Of a DNA stretch of 64,000 nt, positions 24,320 to 35,070 are shown piece after piece. The DNA comes from Raillietiella orientalis (lineage: Eukaryota). The stretch is from NCBI GenBank assembly GCA_036172245.1, contig JAYWIR010000054.1, positions 682,001-746,000 on the forward strand, given 5' to 3'. The position numbers were made by a program, and so were the translations under genes. Every line of letters starts with the position of its first letter. The first letter of the stretch is position 1. The notes under the pieces are model-generated. The model ran no database searches and was not told the DNA's origin. It worked only from the letters and a program-made list of their open reading frames with translations.

Positions 24320-26116
24320 TGGAAAGATGGCCACGGGCATTCTGCCTCCCGCCGATCAGTTCCTCGCCACCTGTGACCCTCCAGAATGCCTTGCCGACCC
24401 GGTCTCCGCCAGCCAACGGAAACTCCACTTGCGCCAGCGGCCACCTCGGATGCCGCCCAGCGACTTGTCCGCAGACGCGCTCCTCCCATCGATCCCACAG
24501 CCTCCCCTGCTCGGAGCTGCAGAGCGCTCCACCCTCTCTCCGTTCCTCTCACAAGTTACACGCTGCCCTCTTCTGACGGCTCTCGGAAGCACGCCTCAAG
24601 GTCGTTCCAGGCTGCTCCTCGCAGGTCCACGCACGTCGCAACGGGCACGCCCCACCCGAAAGTCGTCCCACGCAGCCACGCCACCCCAAGAGCCGGAGGT
24701 AGCTCGGTCACTTGCCTGACCGAAAGTGCAAAGGGAAAGACCGAACGGCCTTCTCTCCCTTGGCGCGACGATTCGCCGGTGCGGCCCGCGGAGAGAAGAA
24801 CCCTTGGCTCCCGGCTGCCTGGCCGAGTGATGCGCGCATGCGCTCCCTGCGAGCCCGACCGCCGCGCTTCCACGGCGACCACCAGAAGTGGTGGCGAATC
24901 GCAAGCCACGCTGCTACGAGCGTATGGAACAGTCAGCGTTTTATTCAGGTTCTGGACGTTCCACTGCGTGCTAGTGCTGGGCGGCTCGCACGCGACCAGG
25001 GTCAGCTTGTACTGCTCCTGCTCCTTGCTCACTCCTAGGCACTTCTGGCTATTCTCGTGGCGCAGCTGGGAAGTCTGCGCGCGCGCGCGCGTGCTAGTCG
25101 CTGCCCCTGCGCTTCCCTCTTAGCCCTCCTGTCAACGAGGGCCAAGGGCAAGGAAGCCGCCCGCACGGTCGCAGGCGGAGCAGCAGCCCCATGCACCACA
25201 GAGGAGACGCGGGACGGTCCGCAGGCAGCCCCAGGCTCGCCCTCCGATCTCTTCACGCCTCCTGTCACGCGCCAAGAGTCCCTTCCAGTCCTGCACTTGC
25301 TGCGACTCCCTCGGTCGCGATCGCGTGACGTGACCGCGCTGCAAGCGGACCGCCGCGGGGACGGGCGCCCTTCCGTGCAGGAGACGTGCTGGCTGATGGC
25401 CACTTCCTCGGCGCAACGGCTCCGAGCAGGGCTGGGTGCCTCCGAAAGGCAGTACTCCTGGACTCTTGGTGACGCCTGTCCTCGGACGTCCCAGGAACCC
25501 CCTGATTGGCTGCTGAGAAGCAGGGTCGCGAGCCTTTTAGTGCTCGGCATTCCCCCTGCTCGCCGACAGCCACGTGACCCGGGAGAGCTGCTGCGCCGCC
25601 CGCATCCATGCGGGGCGCGTCCCGCCGCATCTCCTCCTCGTCGTCGCCGACAGTCGACGGCAACGGCGCTGTCGTCGTCGTCACCGTGATCTGTAGCGAT
25701 AGCTAGCGTCGGCGCCGGCGCCAGAGGTGTTGCGGTTGCGATCGTTCCGATCGGCATTATCGTTGCCGGGAGCGGCTTCTTGGTCGCCGTGAGTGCGAGC
25801 GTCAGCGACGGCCCGCCTGTGATTGCCGTTGTTGTAAACAGTATCGTCGCTGATGGTACGATGGCGAACGCGACGTCACGGTCGTGCGAATGGTCGTCGC
25901 GGTCGCGGGCTATCTTGGAACTCGCGGGGTACCTGGAGCGCTTCTCGTCACGGAGATGCGTGACGCCGGGGAAAATGGCCTGCAAATCCCGTCTGAACCG
26001 CAGGATCCGAGTCTCCAGGGAGAGCAGCAGACAAAAAGGAAATGAGCCATGTGTGGAATGGGTTCGACGGCCCTGAGGGCTCTTGCCGCATGCGGGACGC
26101 TGACAGCGGAGAAGGT
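24320..26116 (-). pseudogene. Inverted partial duplicate of the GALNT 3' region (intron 5 segment fused to intron 9 end, exon 10 and 3' flank)
   Basis: 25101-26116 is the reverse complement of ~47727-48742, and 24320-25100 is the reverse complement of ~50605-51385. ORF-track translations are essentially identical (25035..25985 vs 47858..; 24556..25032 vs the tail of 50376..51149). Confidence 0.95.
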
Positions 26117-26799
26117 GCGTCCTAGCAGCGAACCTCCCTCTCTCCTACGCCGCGCACTTGGTACCTTTCCCGGTGACTCACGCCACGCCTGGCGGCCCGA
26201 CGCGTTTGCGTCCCCGGGAAGCAACGTGGGAGGGGGAGGGGGAGAGAGAGAGAGAGAGACTCCTCTACATTTCCCTCACTTGACGCGATGCGGTGCATCC
26301 TTCGCGCGCCGTTTCCAAGGAGATAAGACCACGAGGTGCGCTCATGTTTGGCCTCTCGCGCCGCCCGGGATTTGGTTCGGTGAAGGAAGGAAGGTAGCAC
26401 CTCCGGGCGGCGGTGACCCAAGGATTCAGACAAACGATAGTCGGCCCCTCCCCTTCCCCCTCCTCGCGTCCCGTGTGCAGCGCCACAAACGAGCATGTGA
26501 AGAGGCAGCCTCGCCGAGCATCGCGGAAACTGCGCTCAGGTACGTTTCCTACGTGACTGTCGGCTCCGCGTCCCTCTGTCTCAGGGCTTGATCCGCTTCT
26601 GCCGATCCGCCCGACCATTTCCGCGGAAGGTCAGGCCCGCCCGGGGGTGGTCCGGCGCAGCTCGGGAGACTGCATGCGGGGGCGTCCCGTGGTCGGGAGA
26701 GCGAGCGAGCAGGGCTTTGGGTCGGGGGGAAAACTGACGCGAAGACCTCGGAGTTCGGTCCTGCTGTTTTCCCTCCAATCACGGGTTGACGAAGAGTTG

Positions 26800-28100
26800 C
26801 CGAAAATCATGTGGTCGCAGTTCTTTGCCCCCTCTTCCCTTTCCCTTCTCCTTGGCCTTGCTGATTTCCATCTTCATTTAGCGACCATCACCTCTGTCTG
26901 TTCGACGGTGTCTCGCTCGACTGAGGTGTATGGCAGCTAACACTCGTCCGCTCCTTCCCTTCAAATGACAGACCACCCTCGATACTCGCTGCATGTTAAC
27001 CACGGAATGATGATTCCGGATGCTTAGCATTCAACCTTCATTCCTTTCCCGGTTTTCATTAGAAGTGGAGTATCCTTTCTTATCTCCCGTCGAAATGACG
27101 CAGCAAGGATACTATTGATTTTTAATCTTGTTCTTGCAGTGAATGTTGGAGGACACTATCCTCAGTTTCCTTTTTCTTGTTGTTCTATCCGAGGATCTCT
27201 CGCAGCTGCTCATGCCGTACGGTGACCCCGGATGCGTCCCAAAACGTGCAACAGCCGTGCTGGATGCCGTTCGCGCCGCCTTCCTCTTGCGTTCCCCCTC
27301 TTTTGAGCTGCCATCTTGTTCTATCCGGGGATTGCTCGCTGCTACTCGTGACGTCAAGGATGTAGGAATGGGCTTTTCGGAAACAGCACTTACCGAAGTC
27401 TCCTTGACATCTCCTTCAGGGATGACCTTTCCAAATTCACCTTTGTGACCTTTACAGGTCTGCAATATAAGCCTTCGCGCTTGCTTGCAAATTTCCTTTC
27501 GAACCGGATCCACAATACGCGAAGCTGTATTTATCCAATTGTGGTACATGAAATACATCTTAGAGACAAGGGAAATTCTTTACGCTTCCTGCCATCTTGT
27601 TGTTCTATCTGAGGATCGCTCACAGCTGCTCATGCCGTACGGTGACCCCGAACGCGTCTTAGAACGCGCCATGGTCCTGCTGGACGTTGGCTCCTCTTGC
27701 TTCACCGCCTTTTCCGTAGAGCACCTCACCGTTCTCCGTCTCTTGCGGAGCCCACTGCTGATGCCCTCAGCGCTGCTCTTTCAGAGAAACGGGACGGACA
27801 GCTCCCTATGTTTGGTCTCCTTTCGTTGCCATGCCGCGCTGCCGCGTCTTCGCGAGGGGCAGGGTGACGTCGGCTCGTTCCTCGTCCCGGACAACCAGGT
27901 CCAGGCGTAGCTGCAAGCCGTCTCCTGGGGCGTTTCCGGCGCAACCGTCGGCTCCCCGTTCCTGCCTTCCTCGGATCAGGTTGGCCAGATCTCTCTGCCT
28001 CCTGACGATGGAGCTGGAGCTCCGCACTCAGAGAATGAGGGTGAGCGTCGGCGACGAGCACTGTGGCGCGTTCGGCCAGCACCCGCTCTCACGGCGGTAG
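26800..28100 (-). mobile_element. Decayed LINE ORF1/ORF2 junction region
   Basis: KLRIVSSNIH at ~27140-27170 resembles the start of an APE domain (L.I.SWN). A charged, possibly coiled-coil segment lies upstream, and there is an internal ~90-bp duplication (~27175-27270 vs ~27595-27690). Confidence 0.4.
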
Positions 28101-30719
28101 ATCCAACCGAGCACGAAGAGGCAGAACCGCAGGTGACCCCCAATATTCAGGAGGTGGCTGGACGCATCTGGGTCTTTCTCGATGCATGAACTCACCTGAA
28201 GGCGAAATCCTCGAGTGTTATTTAAGATCTACCGTTCGCCAATGACCGGAGCGCTTGATGCTCGGCGAACTCACTGTGTATCCTCCTCATGGGCAGCCTT
28301 GTCGTTCCGAGAGTCTTGGTCACTAAGCAGAACTCCTTTGCCACATCGCCTTCGCAAGCTTGGTCTTCTGGGTCGACGGATCGTTGCAGGCACTTTATCC
28401 GGAGAACACCTCTGCTTCGCGGACCACCGATTTATCCATGAGGCATCCCTCAACTTTGCGCCTGTGTGTGTGTGTGGGGAGGGGCATTATCCCAAACAGG
28501 ATTAAGAAGAGGAGGCGATCGTACGGGGGTCAGGCACGCATTTGATCTGTTAGCGGCATTAGAATAGGCGAGGCACAAGAAGGGAAACAGGAGTCGAGGA
28601 CCTGACTCTCCACGGAGACCGCCGCAGTTTCTTTTTCCTGGGATGCTGGAATTCGACGGGTAAAGAAGCAGAGAGCAGGCAGGCGACTTCCAAAAAAGTA
28701 ACATGGAAACACCCGATGTTGGAAGCAGCGGGCCGGGTCACCACCCTCAATGGAAGAAGAATCGCAGTCTCGTCTCTTCGAGGACGGGTTGAACAGGCAG
28801 GCTGAGGAGAAAGTCGAAACGCGCCTTCCCTCTTCTTCCCTGATCGATCTGTTCATGTCCGCTCTTGCAACGCCATTCTCTCCGAGAAGTTCGCAGGATT
28901 TCTTTTCCTCCCTCATTCTTTAAAGGACAGTTCCTCAGGAAGATCAAGGAACCCCACTCAAAGAAATGGTCTGCAGCCCCGTGGCACTCGAAAACGAGCG
29001 TGAGATCCTTCTCCAACTCCGTCGTCCTGGATCCGAAGGTGGGATTTTCCGGCACCCCGCCTTCATCCAGAAGGACTCGCCTTGAACCTGGCCTCCAAGA
29101 TCTGGACGTTCTGATAGACTGACGAGCGAAACCTTCGGATTGAAGCAAACAAAGGAAGGGAAAGGGAGAACTCTCGGTGGTTTCGTGCATACGATGCGAC
29201 GCGAAAGTGTCAATGACGAAAGAACGAAGGCTCTGAGATGGGAAGAGAATCAGAACAAGTGAGAGACCCTTGGGCGCTCGAATTTCTTCAAGGAGGTCGC
29301 GGTGTTTACCACTTGGAGTAGGCAGCGCGAAGGAACTCCTCCTGGAGGGTGATGTGGAAGTTGGAGGGCTGGCTTCGGGAGACAGAGATGCCCGGTAGAT
29401 CAGGGCAATTGGTAGTTCCGAGGTCGGTCCCACGTTCCGAAGCTGGGAAATTTTTCAGGTGGGAGTTGCGGGACTCCGCGCTTTGAGCCTCAGGCGGAGG
29501 GATCGCTGCGGTTCGGAGCCTCCTCATGAAAGGTGGAGGGAAGCGCGTCGGTGGTGAGTCCCGCCGCACGCCCTACCCCGGCGGAAGGCGGCGTGGCCTT
29601 TGGGAGCCAGCATGACGCCAAAGCTCTAGCGGACTCTGTCGTGCAATGAATGAGGGGAAGAACTCCGTGCTCCCAGAGACCGAGCACGGTACAGACTCCC
29701 GTTCCCGGTGTTGGTGTTCTTCGCCGTTGTGCTTTGAGTAAGAGTCAGCAGGTGTCTGAGTGGAGCCCGACGGGAGCGCGCGAGAACGCTAGCTGTCGGG
29801 TGGGAGGGCGGCAGCGGGTGCGGAGGCAACGACTGGGATTTTTTCCCACAGCGCCCACTGCTGAGGAGGCTCCCAGAAGCCTCCGCACGCCCATCTGGGT
29901 CTCGCTGAACTCTGGATCGCTGCTGTTAGACGACGCGGCGATAAGAAGCGTACTGAAAACAGCGGTCCACCCGGGCGGTTGCGTGGCAACTCGGCGACGG
30001 CACAGCTGGCTTCCCACGGAGTGCTACTGGCAACTTCTCAAGGGAAACAGGAGCTTACGAGAGGCTCAAACCGGAATTTCGTAGCTGCGAAGGTCATCGC
30101 CCGTGGCAAGGCGCGTCCTTGTGCTTGGGGGAGCACTTGGTCTCACTCCTTGGTAGGGAGCTGAGTAGCTCCTGTGATGCTCTTTGCAACTATGGAATTG
30201 CAGCTCTGTGCGGTTCAGAGGTCAACTGGCTGCCTGTCCCCCCTCCCCCGGTCCCCCGGAGGAACTCACTTCTCCCAGTCGGGCAGACCAGAAAGAAGTT
30301 CAAGAGACCCGGCAGTGCGCTACCTTGGTTCAAATCGAAGAAGGGATGGTCGCTCTAGAAGACATCGCGTGGCGGAGTCTAGATGTTCGCAGCGTGATAC
30401 TAGTGTCCCTTCCGACCAGCATCCCGCGCCATCTTCCGAGGTTGGCATCGCCCGAATGCCGAGCCTGTCGTCCTGAGGATGGTGTGACCGAGTGCAGCTG
30501 ATCAACTGTGCTTGTGCTATCCCTCCCCTGAGAGGATCCCTCGATGTCAAAGGTTCCTGAAGGAGTGGCCGCCATGCGTTTCTGTTCCATAAACCGCGCC
30601 TTCCGAGGTACCCGAAGACAATGCCTGTCGGCGGCCGTGTGGTACCGGGCATTGCGAATTCGAATCCCAGCCAGGAAGGGACGGACGCCGACGTGGGATT
30701 TGCTGTTGCAGGTTTCGAG

Positions 30720-31110
30720 TTTCCTGCAGGATGGCGCTGGGGCCTCCAGACTTGTGCAGGCTGGAGATCGGGTGCCACTCCTTCACCAGCTGGAATCGGG
30801 AGTACACTCTCCGGGACCCTTCCAAAAATCTCTTTGCGCCGGTTCCCTTCGGAGTTTCCCAGCTGTGCCAATGGAGCCGACTCGAGCGGGAGGCCCTCCA
30901 CCGTATGCCCTGGAGCTGGTTTATCCCCTTCGGAGGGTGCCTCTCCAGAGTGCGTCAAGGAGCACACTACTCCCTCCGGGGTTCTCTTCAGAGGAGCAAA
31001 CAAGGAGCAGTTCCCTTGAGGGTTCACTCCGGAGACAACCAGGTTCCTTTCGCAATTTCCTGCCAAGCGTAAGAGAATGGGACTCTTCCCTTCAGGACTT
31101 TCCGGATCAA
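30720..31110 (-). mobile_element. Family B 3' block (partial)
   Basis: Minus-strand TTCTCTTACGCTTGG, TGGTTGTCTCCG, CTCCTCTGAAGAGAACCCC and GGAAGGGTCCCGGAGAG are shared with other copies. Confidence 0.65.
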
Positions 31111-31113
31111 GTT

Positions 31114-31620
31114 TTTCACCTGGTCACTCCGGGGCGTTTATTTCATAAAAAATGAACTAGTTGGGAACATGCTGGTTCCCAGCCGACTATAAGAAGAAAC
31201 GAAGGGGAGGGTTTGCCGGCACGTAGGCCGGGAAAACGGAAAGTCCGCAACGGGGGAGGGACAAGCGGAGAACAAAAGCAAACAAAATGGGTGAGAAGAA
31301 CTTTGGTTTCGCTCCCTCTACACAAGGATGAAAACAAACAGCACTGGGAAAGTTTCCTGAATAAAGTGGGATGACCCTTACGGAGTTGCCCCCAACTGAG
31401 TTATACGCACCTTTGAATGGCACCGACGGTCTTTAAAGAGCTTTGAGAGCCACCATGTGGAGGAAAGGTCGAGCTCCTATGATGCACCTCCCAAGGATGC
31501 GAACGATTCTGCAGGAATTGGGGCGAACCCTAAAAAGAAGACGGCCATCAGCGGGTAAGAGGAGTGTAAGTGGGGGAGCAGCCACGAGTTCCTCTCCTTC
31601 GCTTTTGCTCTTCCCTAAGC
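31114..31620 (-). mobile_element. Family A-type LINE 3' end
   Basis: Terminal AAATAAACGCCCCGGAGTGACCAGGTG plus an A-run on the minus strand, preceded by a CCGGC-CTACGT-GCCGG hairpin and a U-rich tract. The 5' extent is uncertain. Confidence 0.65.
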
Positions 31621-31837
31621 AGGCATGACGGCACAGATGAGGAGCCTGAGACTCTGTCGATAGTCGCCTCTCGTTATCCTGGAGAGAGAGCAGAGCAACA
31701 TACTTAGTCTTGTCCACCTCTTGCCCCTACCCCCGTCACTGCCCCTATGATTTCCTATTCTCCCAGGAGCTCCCCTCCCTACCTTCCCTATTCCCTGAAA
31801 GTCTCTGCGGGAATAGGGAAGGAGCAAGAGGAGGATA

Positions 31838-32520
31838 GGTTTTGTTAGAAAACTGAATTGGTTAGGATGGATTAGATTAGGTTTGGTTAGGTTAGGTAGG
31901 CGCTTTTCGAGGAGCTAGGATCGCTTAGATAGGTTAGGTTAGATAGCTGGGTTAGTTAGGTTAGGCAGACCTCGTTAGGTGGATTTGCGAAGTTCAGGTA
32001 GTGCAGGTTAGGTGGAGGGCTGCAGCAGGCAAGGTTTTGTTAGCTGAAGTAAGGTAGGTTATGTGGGTTAGGTTAGGTAGGGTTTGTTTGGCTAGGTAGA
32101 TGAGGTTATGTTATGTAGGTGAGGTTAGGTCGGGTTAGGTAGATCACGTTTGGTAGTTTTTCATAGTTCAGGTAGTTCATCTTGGGTAGCGGGCTTAGGC
32201 AAGTGAGACGTCGTTAGCTGAGGCATAGTAGGTTATGTGCGTTAGGTCAGGTAGGTGGGTTAGTCAGTTTAGGAAAGTATCGTCAGATCAGTTGGCCTTC
32301 ATAGACTCGATTGCTGAAGCTAGGTGGGGTAGGGTGAGTCATGTGGAATAGGTCAGGTAGCTGGGCTAGTTAAGTTGGATTAGTTTGTCTTCAGTTGGAT
32401 TAGGCAGGTGAGGTTAGGTAGCTTTGGATGGATTAGGGTTGGTGGATTCCTTTTGATTCTCTGGGTGAATTTAGGTTTGGTAGGTTGGGTTAGATGGACT
32501 GGACTGGTTTGGTTACTTGG
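31838..32520 (+). repeat. Degenerate (TTAGG/GTTAG)n tract
   Basis: Dense GGTTA/GGTAG/GTTAG pentamers with a C-poor + strand. Confidence 0.9.
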
Positions 32521-32599
32521 GGCTTCTCTTTCCTTTGGATCCCTCATAGATTTACCGCGTACGCAGCCTCACTGCTCCTCGCATCTGTCATTCGTCTTC

Positions 32600-34440
32600 T
32601 TTTGAGACGATTTCTCGGGAGATCTTTCGCAGTTCTGCTGGTGAGGCCGAGCCAATGTCGTGAAGGCACTGACTCGAAAGTCTTCCGAGGAAGTGCACTC
32701 GTCCAGCTTGCGGTGAAGATCTCACACTCACTGCGATCGCAATATGAGCCATCATGGATTTCGAGGCAACCGCGGTTTCGAGATGCATCTGAACGGAATT
32801 GCAGTCGTCAACCAAGGTCTGGCTTTCGGTAAATTGGAAGGAACCCCCCCCTTGGTTGCTAAGTCTCCAGGCCGGAGCGCATCGGCATCTGACTTTTGCT
32901 TTTCCTTTCGAAAAGATCGCTCCCGATGGGGATAGGGATCTTGAAATCAGGTTCGATCAAAGACGCGCTCCTTGCCTGGGAGGATGTCATCGACGTTCGG
33001 AGCCGGCGGAAGGACTGGGCTTTACAGCAGGGTATGGCAAGAGAGGAGGGAGGAGAGTATGTGCGGATGTTTGGGCGGGAAAGAATGCAAAGGTTAGCGT
33101 CACGAACGATCTGCTGGCACCACACGAGACGACCCTTTCTCCGCGGCAGCGGCATCGCCCCCTCGCCGCTGCCTCCAGAACACCCACGGCCAGAGAGAAC
33201 TGCCAGGAGATTTCCCCGCCACTCAGAAAACTTTGTTAGCTGTTCCTGGAACACAAGCACGCAGGATTCAGGATCTTGGTCACGGAAAGATAAGGAAGAA
33301 GCGATTCCATTCTTCAATGTAGCAGCATCAGGAAATATGGGGGTCGGACTTGGGAACTCTCTGGAAGAACTGATGTCGGGTCAGTCGGACTGACGAGCGT
33401 CCGTCGGCAATGGAAGTTCAAGCGTCCCGCACCGAGCAGTAGCAACCGGGAGGCTCTGCGCGGAACGCTAAAAGAGTTGTCGCAGCCGAACCGGATTCAG
33501 ATCGCAGACCCTTCGGCAGGGCTTAGGACGGATTTCGGATGCTGTGACTTCTTTCAGACGAGCAAGCGCCTCGGTCCACGAGCATGAGTGTCGACATCAG
33601 CCCACTCCGAGAGTTCAGGAGAGTGGCAGAGACTCCAAACCCTCCTTGCACTTCCTTTCGGCGGATTCTTGAACTTCCGGAGAGCTCGAAATTCCTTCGC
33701 GCGCGCACACTTAGCCTCTGCCGGGGGAGCAATTCAGTTTTTTTTAATCCCAGAGAATGAAACTGGAAGAGTCCGAGAACATCCCCAGGGAGAATGGGGA
33801 CTTCCTGAAGCTTCGTGTGGAGAAGGTGCGCGCGCACTCACCTTTATGGTCGGAGCCCTCAGCCAGACAGAGGCGGCCCCTGGCACACACTGAGAGTCTC
33901 GGGGTAGCGTGTGGAGAAAGGTGGAGAGAAACATAATCACGTCGGAATCCCTAGGAGAAAATATGAGCTCGGTTTCCAGGTGGCTGATCAAGAGAACGGG
34001 GATATCTTCTGGATGGAAACCAAGGAGAGATCCACGCGCGTCCCGTGTTTTTGCTCAAGATTTCTTCATCTACGACAAACAATAGCTGCATTGTACTGAT
34101 CTTCAGGAATGCCGTGGCAGAGAACGCTCGCGATTTCCGAGGTTCAGGTTGCATGCATCGTGAGACGTCACACTCGAGAGCTGGCCCAGGCATCTAGAGA
34201 GAGACTGTTGACGTCGTGTCTCATCCTTGCACTGCCACGAGACTTTTCTGAAAGTGCCCCAAGGAGTTCACCAAGTCTGGGAAGCTGGATCTCAGAGATC
34301 GACGTATCGCTCCCAACATCAGAATGAGAAGATTCGATTTGCGAGTGATCAGCTCGAGTCGTCTGGACCGAGAGCAGGAGCTCCAGAAGCAATCTCCGAA
34401 ACGAGTGATTCATGTACGAATGCCGAGTCGGAGACAGGTC
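32600..34440 (+). mobile_element. Decayed retroelement ORF1-like segment between TTAGG-like tracts
   Basis: IKDALLAWEDVIDV is reminiscent of RRM-like LINE ORF1 segments. The frames are fragmented. Similar relics lie at ~29700-30300 (+), ~37000-38300 (-) and ~40600-41300 (+), with degraded Cys-knuckle-like remnants (SRCG in the latter two). Confidence 0.35.
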
Positions 34441-34445
34441 AAGCT

Positions 34446-35070
34446 ATAGGTTAGGGAGGTTAAGTTGGTTGATTAGGTTAGATTAGGTTAGGTAAGTTGG
34501 TTGATTAGGTTAGATTAGGTTAGGTAGGTTGGGTTGCGTGGTTGTAGTTTGAAAGGCTGGGTTATTCAGGTTAGATAAGTAGACTAGTTTCGATAGGTTG
34601 TTAGGTTATTTTGGTTAGGTTAGGTCAAGTCAGTTTAGATAGGCTGGATTGGTTAGGTAGACTTATTTGGATCATGTTAGATAGGCGTGGATAGATAGGC
34701 TGGTTAATTAGGTTATCTTAGATTGTTCAGGTTAGGTAGATCAGTTTAGATAGGCTGTGCTGGTTAGGTTAGCTTAGGTGGTTGTGGTTAGAGAGGCTGG
34801 GTTAGTTAGATATGTCAGGCTAGTTAGGTAGGTTATGTTAGGTGAGATTAGGTAGGGTAAGTTAGGTAGGTTAGGTTTGGTTTGATAGGTAGGTTAAGTG
34901 AAGTAAGATTTGGTTAGGGGTAGGTCTGGTTAGGTATGTTGGTTGAGGTTAGGTTGGTTAGGTGACGTTGGATAGGTAAGGTTAGGTAATTTAGCTTATG
35001 TTGGGTTAAGTGGTTTTTGCTAGTGATGCTGTTTTTGGTTTGTGTTAGGTACGCCGGGTTAGGGTATGTG
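34446..35070 (+). repeat. Degenerate (TTAGG/GTTAG)n tract
   Basis: Same composition and strand as 31838-32520. A local duplication of TAAGTTGGTTGATTAGGTTAGATTAGGTTAGG is present. Confidence 0.9.
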
